DNA of 64,000 nucleotides from Gammaproteobacteria bacterium (GTDB lineage Bacteria; Pseudomonadota; Gammaproteobacteria; UBA1113): NCBI GenBank assembly GCA_021773305.1, contig JAJFKH010000073.1, positions 1,120 to 65,119 of the forward strand, read 5' to 3'. Shown piece by piece: positions 54,413 to 64,000 of this stretch (position 1 is its first letter; each line of letters starts with the position of its first letter). The notes under the pieces were generated by a model. It saw only the letters and a program-made list of their open reading frames with translations, ran no database searches and was not told where the DNA came from. The position numbers and the translations under genes were made by a program.

Positions 54413-54841
54413 TTAAGGCCCGTAGATTTCAAAAACTGTGCTAGAGCCGAGCCGGTGAGAATTCACAAGATGAGGCTCTTCCGCAGTACTGCCAGGATCG
54501 TCAATATAGGGGATTTGAGGAAATAGCTTGATACAACCGTAAGTCAAATTGATGACGCTTTCTGGATAATTCTCCAGGCTGAGTTCAATTTCACCCTTAG
54601 CATTGCCCCAGGAGCCACTGCCAGCATAAATTTGGGAATAAAATGAGGTTTCACGGGGGATCACCACATTAGGATTGATGGGTTCAATCCATGAGGTTTT
54701 GTAGGTATCTACACGGGTCACGGCAAGATGACCACTTGTGTGGTTAACAATAATGACATCTAATCCATCACAGGGGCTATCGGCAAAAGCTGTATTGGCA
54801 AATAGTATGCATGTTAGGATGAGGAACAGGTATTTCTTCAT
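54413..54841 (-). CDS. hypothetical small secreted protein
   Basis: 142 aa; signal peptide MKKYLFLILTCILFANTAFA; two Cys; no motif. Confidence 0.5.
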   Translation of the reverse strand: MKKYLFLILTCILFANTAFADSPCDGLDVIIVNHTSGHLAVTRVDTYKTSWIEPINPNVVIPRETSFYSQIYAGSGSWGNAKGEIELSLENYPESVINLTYGCIKLFPQIPYIDDPGSTAEEPHLVNSHRLGSSTVFEIYGP

Positions 54842-54997
54842 GAAGCATCTCCTTTTTTGTTGAGGATCCTATGGTTGTTATTGCGAACAATTCTCATTTT
54901 TATTTTCCTAAAAACTATCCCTGATAATTCCTAAAGATTATAAAAGGAAAACTGAATTAGTCAATGCTCCCCTACCTGCGAGCAATACAGTTTTTTA

Positions 54998-55846
54998 CTA
55001 GGGCTGATTAAAGACAAGGGTTTTATTACCATTGATAATAATTTTATCGTCTAAAAACCACTTGACGGCCCGAGCGAGGACTCTGCGCTCTAAATCTCGC
55101 CCTAAAGTTCTTAAATCCTCAATGTTATGTCGATGATTCACTTGGGTTACATCTTGCTCAATAATAGGGCCTGCATCGAGGGTGGCTGTGACGAAGTGGG
55201 CGGTAGCACCAATGATTTTAACTCCGTAGTCATGGGCTTGTTTGTAGGGATCGGCACCTTTGAAGGCAGGTAAAAATGAATGATGGATATTGATAATATT
55301 ATCAGGGTAATGGCGGATAAAATTTTCAGAAAGAATTTGCATGTAGCGGGCAAGAATCAATACATCAACTTTGCCCTGTGTTAACTCCAATATGGCAGCC
55401 TCTGATTGTTGTTTGTTTTCACTGGAGATGTGATGGAAAGGGATTTCAAAATGTTCCACGGTGTGCCGTAAATCCTCATGATTGCTAATCACACAATGAA
55501 TATTTCCATTCAGCTCTCCTTTTTTCCAACGCCAGAATAGCTCTAATAAACCGTGATCAGGTTTAGACACTAAAATGGCCATGGATTTTTTGTGGTGGGC
55601 GTCGAATATTTTCCAAGTCATTGCTAAGGGAGCTGCAATTTCATCAGAAAAATCCTGACGTATATTTTCGATAGTCTGTTTTTCATCGGAGATTTCAAAT
55701 ACGAGTCGCATGAAAAATAAACCATCACAGACATGTTGATCACAATCACTGATGTTTATTTTGCGTTGACTGAAAAAATAAGCAGTTTTTGCCACAATCC
55801 CGGTTTGATCGGAGCACATAATCAATAATCTTCCTGTTCCATCCAT
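54998..55846 (-). CDS. purU: formyltetrahydrofolate deformylase
   Basis: N-terminal ACT domain (ILLIMCSDQTGIVAKTAYFF) plus formyl-transferase domain with HHSFLPAFKGA and GATAHFVTATLDAGPIIEQ. Confidence 0.9.
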   Translation of the reverse strand: MDGTGRLLIMCSDQTGIVAKTAYFFSQRKINISDCDQHVCDGLFFMRLVFEISDEKQTIENIRQDFSDEIAAPLAMTWKIFDAHHKKSMAILVSKPDHGLLELFWRWKKGELNGNIHCVISNHEDLRHTVEHFEIPFHHISSENKQQSEAAILELTQGKVDVLILARYMQILSENFIRHYPDNIINIHHSFLPAFKGADPYKQAHDYGVKIIGATAHFVTATLDAGPIIEQDVTQVNHRHNIEDLRTLGRDLERRVLARAVKWFLDDKIIINGNKTLVFNQP

Positions 55847-55858
55847 GGGGATTATCTC

Positions 55859-56287
55859 CTAGTAAGTCAGTTGTTTTAATCGATGTAGGTATACAGTTTC
55901 ATCGGGTGCTTTATTTTCACGCTGCGCTAGCCATATCATATCGCCAATAATTTCCATTATTTGATGTTGTGCTTCATGGGGATTGCCGTGTTTTTGGCAA
56001 AGTTGGTTGTAGATGTCATTGACCCCTTGGGGGCGATGGGTGGATAATTGTTCCTGTAATGCAAGATGTAGGCTCATATGCATGAAGGGATTGATTTCGC
56101 CACGGGTTACATCAAAATTCTTGTCAATGTATTTTTCTTTTTGAGAAAAGATAGTTTGATATTCCGGATGTTGCTGGATGACATCGACCAATTGATTTTC
56201 TAAGGGAGACAATATTAATTTTTTTTGGTGATTTTCCCAGGCGCTGTAAAATTGGTTGCGCAATGTATCTCGGTTATCATCTATCAT
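55859..56287 (-). CDS. DUF1841-family protein
   Basis: 142 aa; NPFMHMSLHLALQEQL matches the conserved DUF1841 core. Confidence 0.65.
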   Translation of the reverse strand: MIDDNRDTLRNQFYSAWENHQKKLILSPLENQLVDVIQQHPEYQTIFSQKEKYIDKNFDVTRGEINPFMHMSLHLALQEQLSTHRPQGVNDIYNQLCQKHGNPHEAQHQIMEIIGDMIWLAQRENKAPDETVYLHRLKQLTY

Positions 56288-56931
56288 GTTTTATCTGGCC
56301 TTACGGTTTTGTCAGAAAATACACATAAATCGTTAATGATGCATTGGGAGCAAAGAGGTTTTCTTGCCTTACAGGTATACCGGCCATGGAGGATCAGCCA
56401 GTGATGGGCATCTTTCATGAATTTTTTGGGTACGACATCCAATAATTTTTTTTCAACGTTCAAAACATTGTTGCCTGGTGCTATACCTGTGCGATTAGAT
56501 ACACGAAAAATATGGGTATCCACAGCCATGGTATGTTGATCGAAAGCCGTATTCAAAATGACATTGGCGGTTTTGCGACCTACCCCAGGAAGACTTTGTA
56601 AATCCTCTCGATTATTAGGAACCTTAGAATCAAAATGTTCAATCAATCGCTTGCATGCCAGAATGATATTTTTACCTTTACTGTTATAAAGGCCGATAGT
56701 TTTAATATAATCTTTTAATTTTTCCTCTCCCAATTGAAAGATAGCTTCTGGTGTATTTGCCACAGGGAATAATTTTGCAGTGGCTTTATTTACACCCACA
56801 TCGGTTGCTTGGGCAGATAATGTCACAGCAACTAATAACTCAAAGGGTGTGGAATAATTTAACTCTGTTGTGGGGTTTGGGTTGTTTTTTTTGAGGCGAG
56901 TAAAGATAGCCGTTACCTGTTCAGGATTCAC
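56284..56931 (-). CDS. nth: endonuclease III (DNA glycosylase/AP lyase)
   Basis: HhH-GPD motif [14 protein letters not shown]...D; C-terminal 4Fe-4S cluster C-x6-C-x2-C-x5-C ([17 protein letters not shown]). Confidence 0.9.
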   Translation of the reverse strand: MNPEQVTAIFTRLKKNNPNPTTELNYSTPFELLVAVTLSAQATDVGVNKATAKLFPVANTPEAIFQLGEEKLKDYIKTIGLYNSKGKNIILACKRLIEHFDSKVPNNREDLQSLPGVGRKTANVILNTAFDQHTMAVDTHIFRVSNRTGIAPGNNVLNVEKKLLDVVPKKFMKDAHHWLILHGRYTCKARKPLCSQCIINDLCVFSDKTVRPDKT

Positions 56932-57548
56932 GAAGACTCCTTAAGGGATTTGCGTTTGGCTAATGAGCGTTCCATTGCTGCGGCGATATAGTCTTGCTTC
57001 CCGTCTCCAACCGCTGCAACTTTTTTTGCAGCTTGAAATTGTTTGCGCGCAAGGCTTTTTTCTGTTGTTAAGCGATGTTCTCGCTGTTGGTATCGTTGCC
57101 GAGATAAGTTTGCTTTATCCGCAGGATCTGCCGTATCGGGAATGAGATCAATGCAATCTACAGGGCAAGGTTCCACGCACAGTCTGCAACCGGTACAAAT
57201 ATCACTGAGTACTGTATGCATTTTTTTTCCGCTACCGATAATGGCATCCACTGGACAGGCTGTGATGCATTTGGTGCAGCCAATGCATTCTGCTTCTCGA
57301 ATTTTTGCCAGGGTGGGAGGTTGGTAGTGAGCTTTGGTACTGTCGTAGTAAGGTGTTGGGTCTTGGTGTAACGTCTTGGCTAATGCTTCCATGGTACGAA
57401 CGCCCCCGGGTGCACAGCGATCAATGGTTGTGCTGCCTTCTATCAACGCAGTTGCGTAGGGTAGACAACCCTGGAAGCTACATTGTTGGCACTGGGTTTG
57501 GGGTAGAAGATCGTCAATGTCTTTGACTGAAGGTGCTTTAGAAGACAT
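56928..57548 (-). CDS. RnfB-like ferredoxin (electron-transport complex subunit B family), orphan
   Basis: N-terminal CQQCSFQGC...C...C motif and two 4Fe-4S ferredoxin motifs ([24 protein letters not shown]); directly upstream of nth as in rnf/rsx operons, but no other rnf genes present. Confidence 0.75.
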   Translation of the reverse strand: MSSKAPSVKDIDDLLPQTQCQQCSFQGCLPYATALIEGSTTIDRCAPGGVRTMEALAKTLHQDPTPYYDSTKAHYQPPTLAKIREAECIGCTKCITACPVDAIIGSGKKMHTVLSDICTGCRLCVEPCPVDCIDLIPDTADPADKANLSRQRYQQREHRLTTEKSLARKQFQAAKKVAAVGDGKQDYIAAAMERSLAKRKSLKESS

Positions 57549-59590
57549 TACTTGACCTGCATACCGGGTTTAGCACCACTGTCCGGGGAAACAATCCAAA
57601 GGCCACTGTTGTCTCCTGCACAAAGGATCATGCCTTCTGACATCCCAAAGCGCATTTTTCGTGGGGCTAAGTTTGCAACCACCACAGTGAGTTTCCCCAC
57701 CAGTTGCTCTGGCTCATAGGCCGACTTAATGCCTGCAAAAATTTGCCGGGTTTCGGTGCCTAAATCCACTTGTATTTTTAGCAATTTGTCTGCACCTTCC
57801 ACATGTTCGGCACTGAGGATTTTGGCAATGCGCAAATCCACTTTGGAAAAATCATCTATTTGGATGGTTTCTGCTAGGGTCTCAGGCTTTGTTTTTTTAG
57901 GGGATGTTGTTGAGGTGGCTTGGGGCTTGGCTTGCTCGGCTAATTGTTTTACACCATTGATTTGCGCTTCAGTGATCCGTTGCAACAAGGGTTTGAAAGG
58001 TTTAATGCTATGGCTTTGTAACGGTTGCAGCCGGTTTTCCCAGGTCATGGGAGCGATATTTAAGAAAGCTTCTATGTCCATGGCAAGGTTGGGTAAAATG
58101 GGTTTCAAATAAGTCATGAGGATCCGAAAAAGATTGATGCCCAGGCTACAAACTTCATGGGTGTGAAGTTGTTGTTCGGGATCTTTGATGGATTGCCAAG
58201 GTTTTTCTTGATCGATATATTGGTTGGCTTTATCTGCCAGCGCCATGATTTCGCGAATGGCTTGATTAAATTCTCGCGCTTCAAATAGCGCTGCGATAGA
58301 GTTTCCTGCCAGGGTAAATTGTTCAAACAGATGGTTCTCTGGAAGGCTTACGCTAAGTTTATTGGCGAAATTTTTATTGATAAAGCGGCTACAGCGGCTA
58401 GCGATGTTGACGACTTTACCTACTAAATCACTATTGATTCTCTGGAGAAAATCATCAAAGTTCAAGTCAATATCTTCGATATGGCTATTTAATTTTGCAG
58501 CAAAATAATAGCGTAAGTATTCTGGATGTAAATGTTCTAGATATTGTCTTGCGGTGATAAAGGTGCCCCGAGATTTTGACATCTTGTGGCCACCAATGGT
58601 TAAGAATCCATTGGCAAAAATAGCTGTGGGTGTTCTAAAATCAGCTCCTTGGAGCATGGCAGGCCAAAATAATGCATGAAAATAAATGATGTCTTTACCG
58701 ATAAAATGGTACAATTCTGCTTCGCTGTCTTTGTTCCAATAATCTTCAAAACGAAGCTGTTTATTGCGCTCACAATAATTTTTAAAGCTTGCAATATACC
58801 CAATGGGTGCATCTAACCACACGTAGAAAAATTTTCCAGGATTACCAGGAATTTGAAAGCCGAAGTAGGGTGCATCTCGGCTAATGTCCCATTCTTTCAA
58901 ACCGGTTTCAAACCATTCATCTAATTTATTTTTGACTTGGGGTTGCAAGTGATCACTTTGAGTCCAGCGTTTTAATGCTTCTTCGTATTTCGGTAATTTA
59001 AAGAAAAAATGCTCGGATTCTTTTTCAACGGGAGTTGCCCCAGATAAGGTTGAGGTGGGATTGATCAGCTCGGTGGGTGCATAGGTTGCCCCGCAGGCTT
59101 CACAGCTATCTCCATACTGATCTGCGGTTTTACATCGTGGGCAAACCCCTTTCACATATCGATCGGGTAAAAACATTTGTTTTTGAGGATCAAAAAATTG
59201 CTTAATAGTGCGCACAGCAATATCATCTCGCTCGATGAGCGCCCGGTAAACTTGTTCGGCTAATGCCTGATTCTCAGGGGAGTGGGTGGTATAGAAATTG
59301 TCAAAGGAGACAGCGAAATCGTTAAAGTCTGCGTGGTGTTCTTGGTGCACTTGCAAGATCATCTCTTCTGGAGTGATGCCAAGCTGCTCGGCCTTAATCA
59401 TAATGGGAGTCCCATGGCTGTCATCGCCGCAGACAAAGGTACATTGATGGCCGCGCATTTTTTGGAATCGAGTCCAAATATCGGCTTGAATGTAGCCCAC
59501 CAAATGGCCCAAATGAATGGATCCATTGGCATAGGGGAGTGCTGCTGTGACTAAAATGTTACGCTGTTTGTCCATGGGTTGTGCCTGCAT
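57548..59590 (-). CDS. metG: methionyl-tRNA synthetase with C-terminal EMAP/tRNA-binding domain
   Basis: [14 protein letters not shown] (HIGH), KMSKS, Zn knuckle CPRC...CEAC, C-terminal Myf/EMAP-like domain; 680 aa. Confidence 0.9.
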   Translation of the reverse strand: MQAQPMDKQRNILVTAALPYANGSIHLGHLVGYIQADIWTRFQKMRGHQCTFVCGDDSHGTPIMIKAEQLGITPEEMILQVHQEHHADFNDFAVSFDNFYTTHSPENQALAEQVYRALIERDDIAVRTIKQFFDPQKQMFLPDRYVKGVCPRCKTADQYGDSCEACGATYAPTELINPTSTLSGATPVEKESEHFFFKLPKYEEALKRWTQSDHLQPQVKNKLDEWFETGLKEWDISRDAPYFGFQIPGNPGKFFYVWLDAPIGYIASFKNYCERNKQLRFEDYWNKDSEAELYHFIGKDIIYFHALFWPAMLQGADFRTPTAIFANGFLTIGGHKMSKSRGTFITARQYLEHLHPEYLRYYFAAKLNSHIEDIDLNFDDFLQRINSDLVGKVVNIASRCSRFINKNFANKLSVSLPENHLFEQFTLAGNSIAALFEAREFNQAIREIMALADKANQYIDQEKPWQSIKDPEQQLHTHEVCSLGINLFRILMTYLKPILPNLAMDIEAFLNIAPMTWENRLQPLQSHSIKPFKPLLQRITEAQINGVKQLAEQAKPQATSTTSPKKTKPETLAETIQIDDFSKVDLRIAKILSAEHVEGADKLLKIQVDLGTETRQIFAGIKSAYEPEQLVGKLTVVVANLAPRKMRFGMSEGMILCAGDNSGLWIVSPDSGAKPGMQVK

Positions 59591-59782
59591 TAAAACAATG
59601 CCTTATTTTACACGAGGATGGACAATCTTTGATAGTTTTTTTAGAAAATTCCTTGAAATAGACCAAGTTGAGTAAAAAATACACAGAATACATGGGTATG
59701 ATGGAGGTTTTTCGAGACGGTTTGGCGATGGGATTCGCGGTGTCCTGTGGATCTACATCATCAGCGGTGTGATTTTCTGAAC

Positions 59783-60880
59783 TCAGGAAGAAAAGTTCGC
59801 AAACAACCCACAACAGCGAGTGTCGGGAATATCTTCCACAGCATATTTGGATTCCCCGTCAAAGCGCCGTAACATCATCTCATTGCTATAGTTTTCACCC
59901 ACGCGGAAGGACTCTGTGTGGATCACATCTCTTGTGCCATGACCAAGAAATTTCAACCAAGTGGAGTTTGAGGTTAACAGGGCATCGCGACAGTTTGGTA
60001 TTCTATTGGTTTCAATGATGATTTCTGCATCAGGAGCAAACACCGTAGCAGGAATGTTTTCAATGACTTTGCGCAAGTCTGCTTTTTCTGGACGATAATG
60101 ACCGCTGTGATTGGTGAGCTTGGTGATTTTCCCCTGGACAATTTTGACCATCCCTGTGCAGAAAACAGGCCCTCCGGAGGTAAAGCTCGAATGTTGGAAG
60201 ACGCCTTTTTCATGTTGTCTCAATAATAATCGACCATCGTTTAAGAGTGCAAAGGCATAGTGTCCCGATCTTTTGCCCTCCAAATTTGTGCTGTCAGCTA
60301 ATGCACCGTTTACATAGATATTACCATCCTCGAATTCAGCAACTAGCGCTGCTATTGCAGCGTCATCTAAGTGGTATTGTACGTGACGGGCATAGTTTGG
60401 ATCGTTGCTATCCAACCAAGTAAAAAATCCTTCTTTATGATCCCAATTTAAGTATTGTCTCCATAAATAACTGCCAGGCCGATGCAAGGGATCAATCATT
60501 TCTAGAATGACGTCAGATAAAGGAAATTTTTCTCCGTAGACATTCTCTAAGATTTCAAGAAAGCAGCAAAATTCTGTAAAGTGTTTGTGGAAAGTGCTGG
60601 CCAGTGCATTGTAGGTTCCCCACTGAATATTATTATCTGGCTCTTTACCTGCACCTGCAAAAAGAGGCCGAAAAAACCTGAGTAAATCTTTAAAGGGTTC
60701 AATATCCCCCAGGGGAATATTGACACTGCCACTCAACTGCAAAACGATAGCATCAAACACTATTTTCCGACTTGTGAGCCGGGTGTCTTTGTCTTCATCC
60801 CGCATAGTTGAAAGAGATCCTCCGCATTGATTTTTAATGACTTGGCAAATGGGGTCAGTGAGGGCGGAATTGGTGGCCAT
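59783..60880 (-). CDS. hypothetical protein (orphan)
   Basis: 365-aa ORF, no recognisable motif. Confidence 0.5.
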   Translation of the reverse strand: MATNSALTDPICQVIKNQCGGSLSTMRDEDKDTRLTSRKIVFDAIVLQLSGSVNIPLGDIEPFKDLLRFFRPLFAGAGKEPDNNIQWGTYNALASTFHKHFTEFCCFLEILENVYGEKFPLSDVILEMIDPLHRPGSYLWRQYLNWDHKEGFFTWLDSNDPNYARHVQYHLDDAAIAALVAEFEDGNIYVNGALADSTNLEGKRSGHYAFALLNDGRLLLRQHEKGVFQHSSFTSGGPVFCTGMVKIVQGKITKLTNHSGHYRPEKADLRKVIENIPATVFAPDAEIIIETNRIPNCRDALLTSNSTWLKFLGHGTRDVIHTESFRVGENYSNEMMLRRFDGESKYAVEDIPDTRCCGLFANFSS

Positions 60881-61019
60881 TATTGTGTCCTTCTTGATTA
60901 ATTATAAACACACAGTGTATCATTTTTTGACTAAAAATCAAGTATGTTTGGAAAAAGCAGCGCATGGGCTTGGCTCTCGGTAGCCTTTGTGCGGGAGAGG
61001 GGGCTTGAGACTGAGCGAT

Positions 61020-61160
61020 CCACACGAATTTCCCCGTTCATCTAAGCTTTCCTGGATACCGTAAACAAGTCATGGCACGTAAGCGGCAGGGGTAAAAAGC
61101 TTGAAATATTCGTGCCTAACTCTTAGGGCTTTAGAGCGGTGTCCCTTCCGCTCCAAATGT
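61020..61160. repeat. palindromic dispersed repeat (MITE/REP-like), copy 2 (more degenerate)
   Basis: Homologous to 2775..2935 (see copy 1); located between two minus-strand orphan genes. Confidence 0.5.
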
Positions 61161-61167
61161 CATTCAA

Positions 61168-62184
61168 CTACAACCTGGGCATTTCAGCGTCTTCTCCTGG
61201 GGAGCGTGGTAGCTGTGTTATTTTTTCTACATGGAAACTAAGCATTCTGCTTTTTCTATTCATGCTAGCGAAGGTTCGGCGGGAATCTCGATCAAACAGC
61301 TCTTCATAGGGCTTTATCTCATCATCAATAGATAGCCTAGAAAACAGTGCAAAGCCCTTCTCAAAAGCTGCTTCGGCGATTTTTTGAGTATCGTTTGTTT
61401 CACGATAATGCATTTTAGACTTAAAAAATCCGTTTATAGAATTTTCCTTACGGTGCCGTAAAGGCGCTAAGACATTATCATTGCCTTGGTTATTATCAAA
61501 ACCAATACCGATGGCATCTAACAGTTCTTTCAACTCGTTAACATTATCCGTTTCATTAATTTCCTCAATGCAAATGGTTGTTATTCTCTTATCATTTTTT
61601 TGGTTTTTAGCGTCAGCGAACAACTTTTCTATGCCGATTCTTACTAAACAGCGTTGGAGTAGAGAAGGATTTTGCGCTTTTTCGGGTATTTCCTGTTTTC
61701 TTTCTTGTTCTTCGAATATCTCTTCTTCGTATTCTTCATCATCCTCGGATGTTGCTTCGTATTCTTCTTCACCATCGGATATTTCTAGTTTCTCAGGGAG
61801 GCTATTTGATAACTTCATTCGCTCATTATCATTGAGAGCAGCATTCAGTTGTAGTAGTTCATGAGCAGGTACCTTATTGTTATTGAGGTGATAGGCACGC
61901 TGGCTATCTCTTATATAGTGTATGTGAGCAGCCTGCACATCAATGAGAGCGCCATGCTGGAAAATATAATGAAACCAGGTATTGCCTTCTTTATCCACGA
62001 TATCGAAATCGGCAAGATCATCAAAGATATTGAGAGATAAGACATTATCTTCCAATGAATGAATCAGATGCTCTGCGTAATAAATGTGGCCTGGGCCTTC
62101 TGCTGTTGCTTTGAGAAAGGCTTCCCAGTTATCGTGTTGATTTAAAAGATCTTGCGTAATATACTTTTCGTTATTGCCTAACAT
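61168..62184 (-). CDS. hypothetical acidic protein (orphan, effector-like)
   Basis: 338 aa with poly-acidic stretch SDGEEEYEATSEDDEEYEEEIFEEQERKQE; no motif. Confidence 0.5.
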   Translation of the reverse strand: MLGNNEKYITQDLLNQHDNWEAFLKATAEGPGHIYYAEHLIHSLEDNVLSLNIFDDLADFDIVDKEGNTWFHYIFQHGALIDVQAAHIHYIRDSQRAYHLNNNKVPAHELLQLNAALNDNERMKLSNSLPEKLEISDGEEEYEATSEDDEEYEEEIFEEQERKQEIPEKAQNPSLLQRCLVRIGIEKLFADAKNQKNDKRITTICIEEINETDNVNELKELLDAIGIGFDNNQGNDNVLAPLRHRKENSINGFFKSKMHYRETNDTQKIAEAAFEKGFALFSRLSIDDEIKPYEELFDRDSRRTFASMNRKSRMLSFHVEKITQLPRSPGEDAEMPRL

Positions 62185-62348
62185 AGAGATCCTCTTTATT
62201 TTTTAATTTAGGGATCACCATACTAGCTTTTACCGGCTTAGTCAATTCATATTCAGGGCAAGATCGTCTAATCCCTATTGATATCTAGCATTTATCAAGT
62301 ATTTGTGAGCAAATGGGCTTCAATTTCAGTAAATTTGGTGTAACAATC

Positions 62349-63278
62349 ATGGATCAAGTCAATCTTCTTACAGTTTTTGAACAGCTTCCCGATCCTCGAA
62401 TCGAAGCACTAAAAAATACCCACTCAATGAAGTCATTTTACTGATTGTCGCTGCTGCTATATCTGGCTGTGCGGGCTGGAAATCCATGAAAGATTTTGGC
62501 GATGAAAAGCTAGACTGGTTATGAAAATTCTTACCCTATGACAATGAGATACCAGTTGATGATACGATTGCCCGCCTTGTTCGAAGGCTTTGTCCTGTAA
62601 CGTTTAAACAGTGTTTTTATGAGTGGACTCAGGGAATAATTGAAAAAGTTAACAGTGATATTATCACTATAGATGGTAAAACGGTACGGGGAAGTCATAA
62701 TGATGATAGAACTCAATCATCCATACATACATACATATGGTTAGCGCTTGGAGTGATAGCAATCACGTTGTGTTAGGACAGGAAAAAATCGATGAAAAAA
62801 GTAATGAAATCACAGCTATCCCTAAGTTGTTAGAACTACTGGATATTGAAAATTGTATCGTAATAATGGATTCGATGGGTTGTCAAAAAGCGATTGCTGA
62901 AAAAATTTCAGAACATGACAGGAATGGAAAAAATTAGAAAGCATTATCATGATTCAATCGAAAACAACAGTAGAATTTCGCTATTACATCAGCAGCTGTT
63001 CTGCTGGTGCAACCTATTTGAATAAAGCGATTTGCAAACACTGGGGAGTGGAATCCATGCATTGGATTTTAGATATTACCTTTAGAGAAGACGAGTCACG
63101 CATCCGCAAAGGAGATGGGCCTGAAAATATTGCAGTACTGAGACACCTTGGATTGAATGCTATGAAGAAATCTTCGGGGATTAAAGACAGTATTCCAAGT
63201 AAAATTCGAAGGGCAATGTTCTCAGATAAAGTAAGAGAAAGCATCATGAAACAAGTGATGAATATTTTACCTAGTTAA
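62349..63278 (+). mobile_element. degenerate ISAs1-family transposase (frameshifts plus internal deletion)
   Basis: N-terminus MDQVNLLTVFEQLPDPRIEALKNTHSMKSFY* then, in other frames, ...ISGCAGWKSMKDFGDEKLDWL...IPVDDTIARL...CFYEW...ITIDGKTVRGS...[26 protein letters not shown]...[11 protein letters not shown]... and C-terminal RYYISSCSAGATYLNKAICKHWGVESMHWILDITFREDESRIRKGDGPENIAVLRHLGLN, all ISAs1 hallmarks; central ~100 aa missing. Confidence 0.75.
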
Positions 63279-63510
63279 AACGCGGTTGCCCTGGCAAGGG
63301 GGTTGAGTTTCAGCGGGAATTGCTGTCATATATGCGACACCATCTTGTTCATATAACAGCCTCTTTGCATATTTTATCTGTTCATAAAAGTTTCTACCTA
63401 TTATATAGGTAATTTTCCCTATATACGTTTAAAAAATTTTTGATAAATTACCCAGGATATACTCATCGCGAGTGTTCCAATCGTGTTTAGCAAAAAAGTA
63501 GGTAAGGAAG

Positions 63511-64000
63511 ATGTTGACAAACTTGGTTAGAGAGTGGAAGGAGATATTTACGATAAATGATTTAGAGAGGGCACACCGCGAACTATTAGAAAACATGTTA
63601 CCACATGCCAGCGAACATGATTTCACTGTTGATGATGTTAAAATAATTGTCGAACTATCCCATCAATTAATAAAAATTGATCCTAGGGGTAGATTTTATA
63701 TTGATTGTTATCAACTATTGTTGCTTCCTGCATGGCGCAAAGAGAAATTACCTCTCAACGTAATGCTTGACTTTTTATATGAAGCAGGGAAGCGACTGAC
63801 CGGACAACGGCAGTACGATGCTTACCTGTTATTTCTAGAGCACAGTGCTGGGTTGCAAGAATCTGAAATATCAACGACGCACTCTCAACAAATGAGCAAT
63901 GCCCAACAGGTTTGTCTACGGTTTGAAGGGGTGCAAGCCTATGAAGCTATCAAGCCTTTTTTGAGTGAGCATTTGAAAGCTTTTAAGCCTTGTTATAGTG
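63511..64000 (+). CDS. hypothetical protein, 5' part (runs off the window end)
   Basis: ATG at 63511 preceded by AAGGAAG RBS; open frame of 163+ codons to the window edge (MLTNLVREWKEIFTINDLERAHRELLENMLPHASEHDF...); not in the ORF track because no stop is reached. Confidence 0.5.
   Translation, partial: MLTNLVREWKEIFTINDLERAHRELLENMLPHASEHDFTVDDVKIIVELSHQLIKIDPRGRFYIDCYQLLLLPAWRKEKLPLNVMLDFLYEAGKRLTGQRQYDAYLLFLEHSAGLQESEISTTHSQQMSNAQQVCLRFEGVQAYEAIKPFLSEHLKAFKPCYS

Noticed and set aside
63429-63626. 65-aa minus-strand ORF near the window end
   Set aside because: It conflicts with a plus-strand open frame (63511 to window end) that has a canonical AAGGAAG RBS and protein-like composition. 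The minus ORF has no start context.

Overview
This 64-kb window is a chromosomal segment of a low-GC gamma-proteobacterium that looks Legionellales-like (Coxiella-, Rickettsiella- or Legionella-like). The signs are Sel1, ankyrin and U-box eukaryotic-like proteins, ISAs1 and Rpn elements, and homopolymer-frameshifted pseudogenes. Organism assignment is an inference only. Most of the window is housekeeping: ABC-F ATPase, sodC, trpS, msrBA, mrp/apbC, dcd, clpB, pssA, a Nif3-family gene, htrA, pgeF, rluD-bamD, dacB, glnB-nadE, pilS-pilR-fimT-fimU, gltX, tRNA-Ala/tRNA-Glu, purU, nth, an rnfB-like gene and metG. Accessory material is interspersed: (i) a decayed mobile-element scar at 4.8-7.9 kb (ISAs1 transposase fragment, a PemIK/MazEF-type toxin-antitoxin pseudogene with an A8 slippage tract, an Rpn nuclease); (ii) a giant 1886-aa low-complexity, repeat-containing effector-like protein; (iii) two tandem tyrosine-rich lipoprotein paralogs; (iv) a U-box plus ankyrin eukaryotic-like protein; (v) orphan acidic proteins flanked by a palindromic dispersed repeat (a second copy sits after sodC) and a degenerate ISAs1 copy. 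The most system-like and unusual locus is at 44.2-52.7 kb. It is a complete three-gene NHLP/Nif11-type peptide export apparatus (HlyD-like membrane fusion protein, ABC transporter with a C39 double-glycine peptidase, and a second 970-aa ABC transporter with a cNMP-binding-like N-terminus). Adjacent and divergent is a monocistronic 75-aa precursor with a short class-II-bacteriocin-type GG leader (MAKKKKIDPKDLKSVTGG). Its 57-residue core is Cys-free, Asp/Glu-free and Pro/Thr/Ser/Ala-rich. A tRNA pair lies next to the locus, with a duplicated tRNA-Glu 5' fragment and a YheC/YheD-type ATP-grasp ligase just beyond it. This looks like an undescribed GG-leader peptide or RiPP-like secretion system with an atypical cargo.
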